DNA of 63,989 nucleotides, the filler included, from Stramenopiles sp. TOSAG23-6 (lineage: Eukaryota), in assembly GCA_900128565.1 (NCBI GenBank). It is 3 parts of 3 records of this genome, joined end to end, with 100 filler letters (N's around TTAATTAATTAA, not from the genome) between each part and the next. Parts side by side here need not be neighbours in the genome. Positions count along the whole stretch, not along the records: positions 24,408 to 48,362 come from LT636007.1; positions 48,463 to 63,989 come from LT636112.1; 1 more part is not named here. The stretch is one strand, 5' to 3'. Under the pieces are notes generated by a model. The model was not told the origin of the DNA. It saw nothing but the letters and a program-made list of their open reading frames with translations, and did not search any database. Shown one piece after another: positions 44,880 to 56,162 of this stretch; the first letter of the stretch is position 1; every line of letters starts with the position of its first letter. A program made the translations under genes and the position numbers.

Positions 44880-46184
44880 TTACCTTAAAAATTTTGATAG
44901 TTCTTCTGATGGAGTCTGTTCAACATTTGGTTCCAGTTTTGTTGCTTCTGATGTCGATTCTGACGGGGTCAGATCTATTGTTGTTTTCGTAGTTTTGGGA
45001 CAGTCACAAAGTTTTGGACATTTGCAAGGTTGTTCAGCTTTTGGTTCCACAAACCGAGGTTCCAATACTGGTGTTTTTTGAACTTCTGATGCCGGTTTTT
45101 CATCTTCTGCAGGTTCTGTTACCTCCTTGTGTAAGTTGTACATTTTTGTTTCCGTAGTTTTGGGACAGTCACAAAGTTTTGGACATTTGCAAGGTTGTTC
45201 AGCTTTTGATGCCGGTTCTTCTGCTGCAGGTTTTGTTGGTTTTGTTGCCTCTGACGATTTCCCTTTACAATCCCCACACCCGTTCTTGACAGCATCTTCG
45301 AGTTCTTGGGCTTGGTTCAAATGAACGTTAATCTCCAAGTCCGCGGCCTCCTCAGTTGAGCAATCTGGAGTTTTCTGTTGACATTTTTTTTCTGTATCGT
45401 TGGAATCGTTTTGTTTTTTTGTTGGACATTGTATTGCCCTTTCAAATCTTTTTTCGAAGTTACATACTTTGTGTTTGCACTGCATCAATACATCACGATT
45501 TGAAAAAATAATTTTGCCATTTGCATCAGCATATGGAGGTTCTCGCGCTGCTACTTTTTGTAATAGTTCCTCACAAAATGCAGCCGTAATTGGATTTTCT
45601 TCGAGTTCCCGTTCGCTAGGCTTTGGATCAATAAATTGTGTGTTGTTTGTCGTCTCTGTTGTAGATGCTGTAGGATCAGGGAAAGCAATAAATTTTCCTG
45701 GTGTTGTTGCTGCTGCGTCTGTTGCTTCATCATCATCATCATTTGCTGATGAATCAGTATCATCATCTGTTACTGCCGCCGCTGTCGCCGCTGCGCCTGG
45801 TGCTGCTTCTCCATCATCATCATCATTTGCTGATGAATCAGTATCATCTGCTGCCGCTGCTGCATCTTCATCATCATCATTTGATGATGAAGCAGCATCA
45901 GCAGTATCAGTAGTATCCTCTGTTACTGGTGTTGCGTCTGCTGCGTCTGGTGTCAGACCCTCAGCAATCTTTTCCATTGTATTTTGGCCTTCTTCATCAA
46001 TTTTGCCGTTTGTTGTTGGCACAAGTGGTTCATTCGACTGATCTGATTTTCGGAACATTCCTTTCAACCTGTTCATATCCCAGTATCTTGAGTATGGCCA
46101 TGCTAGAACGTGAGTCGCAAAAATAGTCACAAATGCAAAAAGCAGAAGTATTGGAGAACGCATCGTGGATTGTTTAGAATTCAA
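44880..46184 (-). CDS. Secreted acidic low-complexity protein with Cys-rich repeats
   Basis: Signal peptide MRSPILLLFAFVTIFATHVLA; D/A/T repeats; PCKCPKLCDCPKTT twice. Confidence 0.75.
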   Translation of the reverse strand: MNSKQSTMRSPILLLFAFVTIFATHVLAWPYSRYWDMNRLKGMFRKSDQSNEPLVPTTNGKIDEEGQNTMEKIAEGLTPDAADATPVTEDTTDTADAASSSNDDDEDAAAAADDTDSSANDDDDGEAAPGAAATAAAVTDDDTDSSANDDDDEATDAAATTPGKFIAFPDPTASTTETTNNTQFIDPKPSERELEENPITAAFCEELLQKVAAREPPYADANGKIIFSNRDVLMQCKHKVCNFEKRFERAIQCPTKKQNDSNDTEKKCQQKTPDCSTEEAADLEINVHLNQAQELEDAVKNGCGDCKGKSSEATKPTKPAAEEPASKAEQPCKCPKLCDCPKTTETKMYNLHKEVTEPAEDEKPASEVQKTPVLEPRFVEPKAEQPCKCPKLCDCPKTTKTTIDLTPSESTSEATKLEPNVEQTPSEELSKFLR

Positions 46185-46504
46185 TATTTAGATTAATGTT
46201 GGAGATGTGTGTAATACAATCTCAGATCTATATCTAAATCAGAGAAAGAGCAACAAATTTTGCTTCAGAGGTACTTATTCTATTTAGAAGATTTAGATTC
46301 GTTTCGTTGTTCTATCCAGTGCGCAGTGTGTTTCCCAGACGAAACAATTTTTTAACGTACTTCTTCGATCGACAACTATAATCGTACAAACCTGCTCAAA
46401 AATTCCGGGGATTTTCATATCGATCAGATCATGAATCATGATTTGCATTCTCACACCTGTATAGTGTCAAAAACATAAAACGCTATATTAAAAAACGATT
46501 AATT

Positions 46505-48301
46505 ATGGCAAGTAATACCAATGAGATGCCAAATTTTCGTTGCAGTGAGTTATATGAGGAACACAGAGACCATACTGCTGATAATATAAATCTTTCATGT
46601 GAACAAACAAGTCAGAGTTCTTTTCGAAACACGACATATACGACAACAAGAACTGATCAGCTATTAGAGTGTGAAGAATATTCGCCTGAAAGTTGCACTG
46701 ATGATAAGTTAGTTGGAATAATGTTTGACCTTTATACTATTCAAGATGATAATACAAAGAATTCCATAAAGAAACAGTTTCAAAAGGAACAAGCAAGACA
46801 AAAAACAGAGACATTGGAAGAATTTAACTTTAGAGTATTTGCTTTGACCTGGTTTTCAAAAATAAAAAATATAAGAAACAAAACCCTCAAGAAACTTAAT
46901 GAGCATAAAAGGAAGAAACAACAAAAAAAGGCAAAGAATGCAAACAAACGAACAAAAAAGAAAAAACGACAGAAAAAAACAAGTACACTATAACACACCA
47001 TGCATTTTAATTTATTTTTTTTGCTATGAAAATTTTCATAGTAAATTTTGTACCTAACAAAAAAAAACGTTTAAATATTTTTTCTTTATACAGCTGAGTT
47101 AAATTCATTTAGACTTCAACTCGGTTTAACAGTTCACACTAGTAGCTCTGATGATGATGATGATCAATTTAGTAGTAGTGGTTATGGAAATGAGAGTATT
47201 TCAAATGAATGTGATTTTAGTTACAGTTTGAAAGAAATAGAAATACACGAAATGAAGGATTTTGACAAAGAGTGTTGCGAGTCATTTGTATGTAATAAAA
47301 TTGTGCGGGAGATACCAACGGAGTCAAAAATAGAGTATACCGAGAAGAATGACATTCAACAAATTCAAGATTCATCAAATACAATCTTTGGTACGGATTC
47401 AATTTCGAATTTGTCAAATGCCACACCTCTGGAATATCTATTAGAACACGAAATCGACGTAGGTCCAAAAGTACTAAACTATATCCCGGAATTTCGATAC
47501 AAAAACGATAATTGTGAAAGATATAATGAGTTAAATAATAATGAAGTAATCAATAAGTTAAATGATAATGAAGTAATCAATAAGTTAAATGATTATGCTT
47601 CACTCGCTATAATTAATAACGTAAATGATACTGATACATCTAGTAGTACTATATTTGATGATATTACTGATACATATAATACTACTATAATTGATGATAC
47701 TACTGATACATCTAGTAGTACTATATTTGATGATACTACTGATACATCTAGTAGTACTATAATTGATGATACTACTGAGCTAATTTTACATGAAAAGGCA
47801 TTAAATCTTGCAAATCTCACAAATTTCTCATTAGAGTATTGTAAAATTGCTTTGAAACAAAATATAAATAGTTCTATACAAGATATTGCATCTTGGCTCT
47901 CACATGGGACAAAAACAAAAAATCGTTTTTCTACTAAACCAATGAAAACAAAAAATCGTTTTTCTACTAAACCAATCGAACTATCCATGCAATATAAAAG
48001 TAAGAGATGCGACACTCAACAAATTCGAAATTCATTAGGTACAAAATTTGGTACGGATTTTACTTTGTCTGAATTCTCTACATTTTCACAAAAGCACCAA
48101 TCCAATCTAAATCATAGTACTTGTACTCCATCCACAAACAAACCTGTTTCTACTTTTCCGAAATATACTCAATTGGCGAAAATAACAAAATGTAAAAAAA
48201 TACATAGTAGTAGTGATGATGAAATAAAAATAACAAAATGTAAAAAAATACATAGTCAATGTAGTAGTGATGGTTTTATTGACTACGAAACGCTTTGGCA
48301 T
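46505..48301 (+). CDS. Low-complexity hypothetical protein with a UBA-like segment; 3'-partial
   Basis: ORFs 46505 and 47228 are joined in frame by intron 46983-47093; LTNFSLEYCKIALKQ...IASWL. Confidence 0.6.
46983..47093 (+). mobile_element. Introner-like intron, GT-AG member (111 nt)
   Basis: A|GTACAC...GTACCTAAC...AAATATTTTTTCTTTATACAG|CT. Confidence 0.8.
47627..47778 (+). repeat. 33-bp coding tandem repeat (TDTSSSTIFDD)
   Basis: actgatacatctagtagtactatatttgatgat, ~4.5 copies. Confidence 0.85.
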
Positions 48302-48362
48302 GTATCTTTTATTTTTTTTCAAATTCGATTTTTTTTTCGTACGAAATTTTGTACCTAACGAA
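48302..48362 (+). mobile_element. 5' half of introner-like intron at contig end
   Basis: CAT|GTATCT...CGTACGAAATTTTGTACCTAAC followed by Ns. Confidence 0.85.
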
Positions 48363-48462
48363 NNNNNNNNNNNNNNNNNNNNNNNNNNNNNNNNNNNNNN
48401 NNNNNNTTAATTAATTAANNNNNNNNNNNNNNNNNNNNNNNNNNNNNNNNNNNNNNNNNNNN
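48363..48462. other. Artificial contig linker N-TTAATTAATTAA-N
   Basis: Same 100-nt cassette as at 24308. Confidence 0.95.
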
Positions 48463-48530
48463 TTTTTTTTTCGTACGAAATTTCGTACCTAACGATTGTT
48501 TTTGTAATTTCGTGTTTTTTCACAATACAT
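48463..48530 (+). mobile_element. 3' half of introner-like intron (acceptor AT) at contig start
   Basis: CGTACGAAATTTCGTACCTAAC...CACAATACAT|GT. Confidence 0.85.
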
Positions 48531-49300
48531 GTAATCAATTATGGTCTTGTGTATTAGAAAATAATAATCAAGGATTAAGACAAGGATTTGGTGAAATTCT
48601 TGTACAATATGGACCTAGTGATGGTGAATTTAGTAGTCGAATGCTCTGGTATGATTTATTGAATTTTTATTTAATTACTATTGTTATCCTAAGTGTTGTT
48701 TCTGGTCTAATTATTGATACATTTAGTGATTTACGTGGCCAAAGAGAAGCCAAATATGAAGATATGGCAAATCTATGTACAATTTGTAATATTAATAGAA
48801 ATGTTTTTGAAAGAGCTGGAATTCCAATGCAAATGCATATAAAAAAACAACATAATATTTGGTCATATTTTAAGTATTATATTTATATATGGCAAAGTGA
48901 TCCGGATAATTTTAATGGTCTTGAAGATTTCGTGTATGCAAATATTAAACAAGGTAATTTTCAGTGGTTTCCCGTGAACTCATCTGCTGCATTAAACAAG
49001 TGTAAGTTAAGTAATACTATTGATAATGATGTCAATAATGATAATACAAATGATGAAAATGATGAAAATAGTATCGATAGTTCTACTGCTCTAACAGATG
49101 ATAATACTAGTATAGAAGATGATATATTTCATTGCAACATTCAAAAAACGTCAAATTCTTTGCAACATTTAATGAATAAAACAACAATACTGAAAGATAA
49201 AGTATGTCAATATACAAATAATATAGAATCTATGAAACGAAATGTAATAGTATTAAGAGATGATTTTGGTGATGTGGCAGATATATTACAATCAAAATAA
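48531..49300 (+). CDS. Last exon of an IP3-receptor/ryanodine-receptor-type Ca2+ channel
   Basis: Pore GLRQGFGEIL, last TM YDLLNFYLITIVILSVVSGLIIDTFSDLR, zinc finger CTICNI...H...QHNIWSY, WFP. Confidence 0.88.
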
Positions 49301-49780
49301 ATCCTAACTTTATTATTTAAATTACGTTTCCAACATTCTCATAAAATTACACTTTGATTCCTCTGTTCGTCTATTGGTGTACTTTGTGAATGTTGAGTAG
49401 ATTTTCAGCTATGTACACGAAATATATAGTATAATTTTGACTACACGAAATACCGAAAATGAAACCCAAAATTTCCCAGTCAGTCTTTCCAAAATGAATA
49501 GACGTGTGTGTGTGATAGACATTTTCTTTGGAGTGGAGTCGTCAAGTTGTCGTCGCACTCGCACACAGCTACTAAAATAATACGACGACACCAAAGTATT
49601 TGTAAAGTTCAAACAAGGGCATATTAATAGTACGAATTACAATGGTAGATTCACCAGCAACTAGCTAGATCAGAGATCAATCGCAGAAATATCCTTTGTC
49701 GTGTCAACTTTTGCTTCCTCTGAAAAACAAGCATTTCTAGGCGGTGTTTTTCTGTGTTTTATACAAAAAAACATACCTAA

Positions 49781-50810
49781 ATGGAAGCAGATGATGGTAA
49801 AGCAATAGTGCAGGTGCTTGCAGATGTGTTACAAAAACTGGTTGCAGCCAATGATAATGTACGTGTATCTCTCGATATTAATAAATCCACACACTTTTCT
49901 TTTCGTCAATTTGTTTTTCCCCTTTTATTTATTAAAACTCTTTTCACAACTTATTATACAATATATAACAAACAAAATTATTCTTAAAGTACAAGACCAT
50001 TTTATATACTTTTTATATCAGCAAGGAGATACGGGGAAAGTCACAAAGTTCCATGCTCTACGCCTTCCAAGTATTAATATTTCAGACTATTTACGCCGAA
50101 TTGCTAAATATGCATCGTGTAGCGCCGAGTGTTTCGTATTAGCGTTGGTCTATATTGATCGATTAATTCAACGCAATAACTTCATTATTTGTTCCTTAAA
50201 CATACATCGTGTAATTATCACAAGTGTTATGTTGGCCGCAAAATTTTTTGATGACCATTATTATAACAACGCATATTATGCAAAAATTGGCGGAGTGCCG
50301 TGTGATGAGATGAATTCATTAGAAATTGAATATTTGTTTCTGATTAATTTTTCATTATTTGTATCTCCTTCAAGCTACTCCAAGTACTTTAATGAATTAT
50401 GTAGTCATGCCAATATATCAGCTTCGCCAAAACCAAATGAATGGCAATTAGCTGGATTAAATACGAATAATACGAAGAAAATAACTCAGGTAAGGAATAA
50501 TGGTACGAATGCTACTCAGGTCGCGATTGATTCAAATAATTCAAATGGTTTATTTGTAAAAGGTTCAAATTGTACTAATAATTCAACTAGTAATAATCAG
50601 AACCCACATTATTTATCATACAATGAAAATTCACAGAGTTATGAACCAAATAATGAGAACAAAAATCAGCGTTGGAATGAAAAAAATGAATTTTCAACGT
50701 CGAATTTTTCTTCTGACTCTAACCCAAACCCTAGATCAAACCAGTTTAATAATGTTTGTCATATGCCTGTAGCGATGTCAAGCAATATGAATAACGCTGA
50801 ATTTATGTGA
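49781..50810 (+). CDS. PHO80-like cyclin (cyclin P/U); 2 exons
   Basis: [57 protein letters not shown]. Confidence 0.92.
49859..50021 (+). other. Conventional GT-AG spliceosomal intron (163 nt), not of the repeat family
   Basis: AAT|GTACGT...TTTTTATATCAG|CAA, phase 0; lacks the palindromic core. Confidence 0.85.
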
Positions 50811-51111
50811 CATACTCGATTTGATGTAGAGTATAGAAAAATATAATATTTGAAAATAAACAAAAAAAAATCTATGACCTGTGTCAGTTACGTACAAAAT
50901 CACTTTTTTTTTTCTTGATTGCTACTGTACGTGAGGTACCAATACATCTACTAGCTAGTTATAGGTAGTACTCTTTCTACTTTTAAATAGTGCATTACTC
51001 AGAAGGACAAGTAAATTACATAGGTTAAAGAAATCTTTGTGTGTATTATATGAGTAAATTAGTAGATGCAAAACTCTTAAATTAATATACTATATTTAAT
51101 ATACACCCGCG

Positions 51112-51738
51112 TTGAGTATGTCAAATTGGAATGATTCTCAGTGGGACATCAGTGAAACTTTTTGGCAACGTCAAATGAACAATCGAAACTATGAACGTAC
51201 GCACAACCACAGACATCCTAATCATAACGTTGGTATGAATCATACACCAGCACAAAAAAGTATGGTATGGTCCAACCTTGCAAAACGTGAACAAATGCTG
51301 TATGGTGATGAGAGACCGGAGCCACCGCCAGTGACTTATAAGAATACACCTTCTATTTGGCATTCATTACCAATTGGTCCACCGCCTGTGAACCCCAGTA
51401 CTACGAAAGATTCAGAATATTTTACAAATAAAAATATTGATACGAAGAACGAACTCGATTCTTCCTCCTCGCAAAGGCGTGAAATTTACACAAGTGATAT
51501 ATTTTTTAGCATGCCAAAAACAAAGAAAAAAAAGGTTAAAAAGAAAAAAAAACATATAATATCAAAGAGAGAAGATCATCCAAATAAAGAGATGGTTTCA
51601 ATGGAAAAACGTATTCAAAAATTACAAAATAACTTATCCAGTGAAATAGAAACACGCCATTTAATTCAAGACCAGATGAAATTATTACATGAGCGGCTCA
51701 AAAGTCAATTTAATATCGAAAAAGACAAGAGGAAATAA
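51112..51738 (+). CDS. Hypothetical protein with a C-terminal coiled coil
   Basis: 208-aa ORF (ATG at 51118). Confidence 0.55.
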   Translation: MSMSNWNDSQWDISETFWQRQMNNRNYERTHNHRHPNHNVGMNHTPAQKSMVWSNLAKREQMLYGDERPEPPPVTYKNTPSIWHSLPIGPPPVNPSTTKDSEYFTNKNIDTKNELDSSSSQRREIYTSDIFFSMPKTKKKKVKKKKKHIISKREDHPNKEMVSMEKRIQKLQNNLSSEIETRHLIQDQMKLLHERLKSQFNIEKDKRK

Positions 51739-52158
51739 AACAGACATTAGAACTCTAGTATTATCAATAGATTTTTAAAAATAAATGTGAATAATGCATA
51801 GGTAATAGCTACAATACACAATACAAAAGATGAAGACATAATAATTTTATATAATTTGAAAAATCAAAAAATAAATTTGAAAAATCATTCGAAAAACGAC
51901 TCTGGTGAATAAAAAACACCTCTCAGTTATAACTATTATATGCTATAGATAGCATGTACAATATCGAAATGTATATATTTATGTTGTAGTATATTGCTGT
52001 TTTTCATTGATGTAGATTCACGCCACTATCAAAGTTGCTCTGAAGTGAACAAAATGTTACCCGGTCCCCCTTTGATGCAGCTCGAGTCAGCATGATTGCA
52101 TTGCATGTGCGCACTATTTACTCACACACAATTAAGTTTCTGTGTATTCATAAACAAA

Positions 52159-54372
52159 ATGTCAACACCACCACCTATTCCTACGATGGAATCCAAATCC
52201 ATTACCACAGCCACTGATACAGAAATTAAGGCTGCTTGTGGTGAGGTTGGGTTTGGTGAAAAGTTTTATATAACAACTGCGATTAACTACACGAATGGGC
52301 CGCCACACATGGGTCATGCATACGAAGGTATCACGACTGACATGATTGCGCGTTATCATCGTGTATATGGTCGCAAAGTATTTTTTCTCACTGGTGCTGA
52401 CGAGCATGGTCAAAAAATTGCAGATTCTGCTGCTAAACATGCAAAAGAAACAGGTGAGACATTCACTCCTCAAATGAATTGCGATAAGTGGGCAGCAGAA
52501 TTTCAAAAACTCAACAAGCGTGTAAACCTCTCCAACGACGCTTACATTCGAACAACTTCAACAAAACATAAAGCTTGTGTTCACAAGATTTTCAAAAAGT
52601 CAATTGATGTAGGTGATATATATATGAAAGAGTATGAAGGATGGTATTCTATCAGAGAAGAACGATACATTACTGATACGGAGGCACAAGAGTGGAATTA
52701 CATGGACCCTACGACAAAAGTTCCTTTATCAAAGTTATCGGAAGAGTCATACTTTTTCAGTATGTCCAAGTATCAAACTCGTCTTGTGGAACACATTAAG
52801 AATCATCCAGAGTTTATTCAACCTCCTAAATTTCGTAATAATATTCTTAGACGCCTTGAGGATGATTTAAGAGACTTATGTGTATCAAGAAAAAAACTAA
52901 AATGGGGCATTCCATTACCAAACGATCCATCACACGTCATGTATGTTTGGTTTGATGCTTTAACAAATTATCTCAGTGGTATTGATCATTTGGATGGACC
53001 TGAAAAGGATAATAAATGGTGGGACGCTGGTGCATGTCATATCATTGGTAAAGATATAATCTGGTTTCATACTGTGATTTGGCCATGTATTTTAATGTCT
53101 GTTGGCATCGATTTGCCTAGAACAATTTATTCTCATGGTTTTGTACAAGATCAAAATGGTCAGAAAATGTCTAAATCAATTGGTAATGTGGTGGATCCAA
53201 ATGAACAACTCGATAAATACCCATCAGATGCTTTCCGTTGGTTTTTATTACGGACTTGCGTCTACGGTTGTGATCTCCCATTCAGTGAAAACAGTTTAGT
53301 TGATATTTGTAACGCTGATTTAGCTGATACTTTAGGCAATCTTGTATGTCGTGGTATTGCATTGACGATTAAAAATTGTGATGGAGTTGTTCCAGATGTT
53401 CCTGTTGATTTTGATAAATTTACAGTGCAAAAATTACGTAACCAATGTGAATTTGCTATGCGTACATTTGAAGTTCATACTGTTTGTGACATTGCTATTT
53501 CAGCAGTGAAAGAAATTAATAAATTCGTGACTGAAAAAGAGCCATGGAAATTAAAAGGTGAAGACACGTTACGTGAAAGACAAATTATATGTAGATCAGT
53601 TTTGGAGTCTTTATATGTTGTTGCACATTTTTTACAACCTGCTTTGCCTGAAATTTGTGAAAAAATATTTATTGCTCTTGGTACAAAAATGTCAACAATT
53701 CGTGATTTAAATGATGAATTTCTTAATTTAATTCCTGGTACTGTTTTACCGAAAGAAAAGTTAATTTTATTTAACAAAATTGAGACTACTTCTAAAGCAA
53801 AAAAGAAAAACACTAAAAACATAAAAGTTGTTAAAAAAACAGTTACTCCTATTGAAATGATTGATTTTCGTGTAGGACAAATTACGAAAATATGGAAGCA
53901 TCCTGATAGTGAAAATTTATATTGTGAAGAAGTAGATTTGGGTGAGACAACAGGTATAAGAACAATTGCTAGTGGTCTCCGAAAGCACTATCCAGATGAA
54001 TCAGTTTTATTGGGTAAAAAGGTTATTGTAGTTGCAAATCTTAAACCTCGTTCACTTGTTGGTTTCATGTCAAAAGGAATGATTTTATGTGCATATAATG
54101 AAGATAAAACCATATGTGAAGTTATTAATGTTCCTGAAAATACTCCAATTGGTGAAAGAATTACATTTCCTGCATTTCCATTGAGTAATGAAACGAAGGA
54201 TGAAGTACCGAAAGAGTTAAGCTCTGGGCAGATGAAAAAAACATGGACGAAAAAAGTTTTAAAAAAATTGACCTGTGATGAATTAGGAATTTGTCATTAT
54301 GATGATTCACCTTTTACTACAAGTTTTGGTCAATGTTCGCTTAACACTGTTACTAATGGTACATTAGCATAA
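52159..54372 (+). CDS. MARS: Methionyl-tRNA synthetase (bacterial/organellar-type core) with a C-terminal EMAPII-like tRNA-binding domain
   Basis: YITTAINYTNGPPHMGHAYE, TGADEHGQKI, YVWFDAL, GKDI, KMSKS; IDFRVGQI..HPDSENLY...IASGL..NLKPR. Confidence 0.93.
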   Translation: MSTPPPIPTMESKSITTATDTEIKAACGEVGFGEKFYITTAINYTNGPPHMGHAYEGITTDMIARYHRVYGRKVFFLTGADEHGQKIADSAAKHAKETGETFTPQMNCDKWAAEFQKLNKRVNLSNDAYIRTTSTKHKACVHKIFKKSIDVGDIYMKEYEGWYSIREERYITDTEAQEWNYMDPTTKVPLSKLSEESYFFSMSKYQTRLVEHIKNHPEFIQPPKFRNNILRRLEDDLRDLCVSRKKLKWGIPLPNDPSHVMYVWFDALTNYLSGIDHLDGPEKDNKWWDAGACHIIGKDIIWFHTVIWPCILMSVGIDLPRTIYSHGFVQDQNGQKMSKSIGNVVDPNEQLDKYPSDAFRWFLLRTCVYGCDLPFSENSLVDICNADLADTLGNLVCRGIALTIKNCDGVVPDVPVDFDKFTVQKLRNQCEFAMRTFEVHTVCDIAISAVKEINKFVTEKEPWKLKGEDTLRERQIICRSVLESLYVVAHFLQPALPEICEKIFIALGTKMSTIRDLNDEFLNLIPGTVLPKEKLILFNKIETTSKAKKKNTKNIKVVKKTVTPIEMIDFRVGQITKIWKHPDSENLYCEEVDLGETTGIRTIASGLRKHYPDESVLLGKKVIVVANLKPRSLVGFMSKGMILCAYNEDKTICEVINVPENTPIGERITFPAFPLSNETKDEVPKELSSGQMKKTWTKKVLKKLTCDELGICHYDDSPFTTSFGQCSLNTVTNGTLA

Positions 54373-54519
54373 ATACGATCATGTTCAAAAGTATTGAATA
54401 TCTTTTTTAAGAATGGTATATTAGCATGAATACGATCATGTTCAAAAGTATTGAATATCTTTTTTAAGAATGGTACATTAGCATGAATACGATCATGTTC
54501 AAAAGTATTGAATATCTTT
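54355..54519 (+). repeat. 57-bp tandem repeat (~3 copies) spanning the MetRS stop codon and 3' region
   Basis: aatggtacattagcat(a/g)aatacgatcatgttcaaaagtattgaatatcttttttaag at 54355, 54412 and 54469. Confidence 0.9.
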
Positions 54520-54560
54520 AATGTTTTCTATTGTGTTGATTATTATTTTTATTTTTATTA

Positions 54561-56162
54561 TTAGAAATTTGAAAATAAATCAAGTTTTGCATTTCTACTC
54601 GTAGTTGTATACTTCTTACTACCTTTATGATAATGATTCCGTCTAGATTGAATTATATCTCCCTGTAAACGAAATTTTCTTCTTGAAGATTTTTGAGCTG
54701 CAGAAAGTGTTATATTTGTTTTGTTTTGAATAAAATCAGTCGGTTTTTTCATACTATAATCTATACTATTTTGAGTATTCATATTTTTATCTATTGATAA
54801 AGTATTTTGACTATCAATATTTTTACCCATTGATAAAGCATTATGTAAACGTTCAAATGATTTTCCACCTGGCTTTGTTATTGTTTGTTTTATTGGTTCA
54901 AATGAATTTTCACCTGGTTTTGTTATTGCTTGTTTTATTGGTTTCATTGTTTGTACTACCGGTACCATTGGCGTTGACTTATTTATTGTAATTGATGTTT
55001 CTTTGGCTTTATTTTGATGAAGATTTTTTTTTCTTTTCTGTTCATATTCGCGTAGTAATGCCAAAGTGTTTATTTCATTATCATTTGTTTTTTTTTTATT
55101 ATTTTCTATTGTACTTTTATTTTCCATTCTACTTTTTTCAGTGCTCGTGTACGTTTTACCATCTGCACTATTTTGTTTATCGTTTATTGCACGTTTTTTA
55201 CGTTGTTTTTCTTTTCTTTCTCTTTTTTCTTTTCTATCAAATCCAAACCTAATTTTTTCAATAACTTTTCGAGCTAATTCATTCGCATCTTTATCAATAA
55301 TTGTATTATGCAACATGGTTTCTCTCGAAAATAACGTTTTGTGTAATTCTTTCTTTTGCCTATCAAAAGTAGAATTCACATCTATTTTTGATTTGTCTAA
55401 TATAGATGTTGTACCTTTTTTTGAGTTTTGTACAAAAATTTTCTTTGTATCTTTTAATGTTGAAGTCCACTGTGACGTCACTCGATGACCACAATTTGAA
55501 CAAAACTCATTATATTTTGCATTTATTCCACATGTATTGCATACACGTCTTAGTACGTATTCAGATTCCACGGGATCAGACATCAATCCATTTTTTTCAT
55601 CCGTTGGTATTATAATACCTCCAAATGGGTTTGGACCTAAATTTTTCAATGGGACAAAATTGAGCCAAGTTCCTCTCTTTACTCGTAGATTTGGATTAAT
55701 TAGCATTCCTTTGATATGCCAGTTTTTCATTTTATCATTACTAAATGGACCATACTGTATGTTATCGTTGTCTAAATAATACCATGTTGTAAGCAAAGTA
55801 TCAAAGTAGTAACCTAAGCCAAAAGACCCACAAGAAAAATAGTAATTTTTAATGCTTTTGACGAAAAAAGTACAGGGTGTAAATGTAAGGTTTAGTGTGC
55901 GAAGAAACACAATTGAAATCGGCCGAGCTGTATGATTTTTAATCATTTCGAAAATGTTAGAGTCATTAAAGTTTATTCCATAAATATCGGATAACTCTAT
56001 CTCACCAATACCGACAACGTAATCACCAACAAAAACACCAACTTGTTTCGCTCCACTTGTGGTGTAATCAACCACACCATTACAAAAACTAAAACCCAGT
56101 TTTTGTGTGGTAAATGATAACGGTATTCTAATTTGATTGGTCGACATCTGTGATTTATTCAT
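54561..56162 (-). CDS. GYF-domain protein with a PDZ-like N-terminus and zinc ribbon
   Basis: WYYLD....QYGPFS...MKNW...G; CNTCG......FCSNCG. Confidence 0.75.
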   Translation of the reverse strand: MNKSQMSTNQIRIPLSFTTQKLGFSFCNGVVDYTTSGAKQVGVFVGDYVVGIGEIELSDIYGINFNDSNIFEMIKNHTARPISIVFLRTLNLTFTPCTFFVKSIKNYYFSCGSFGLGYYFDTLLTTWYYLDNDNIQYGPFSNDKMKNWHIKGMLINPNLRVKRGTWLNFVPLKNLGPNPFGGIIIPTDEKNGLMSDPVESEYVLRRVCNTCGINAKYNEFCSNCGHRVTSQWTSTLKDTKKIFVQNSKKGTTSILDKSKIDVNSTFDRQKKELHKTLFSRETMLHNTIIDKDANELARKVIEKIRFGFDRKEKRERKEKQRKKRAINDKQNSADGKTYTSTEKSRMENKSTIENNKKKTNDNEINTLALLREYEQKRKKNLHQNKAKETSITINKSTPMVPVVQTMKPIKQAITKPGENSFEPIKQTITKPGGKSFERLHNALSMGKNIDSQNTLSIDKNMNTQNSIDYSMKKPTDFIQNKTNITLSAAQKSSRRKFRLQGDIIQSRRNHYHKGSKKYTTTSRNAKLDLFSNF

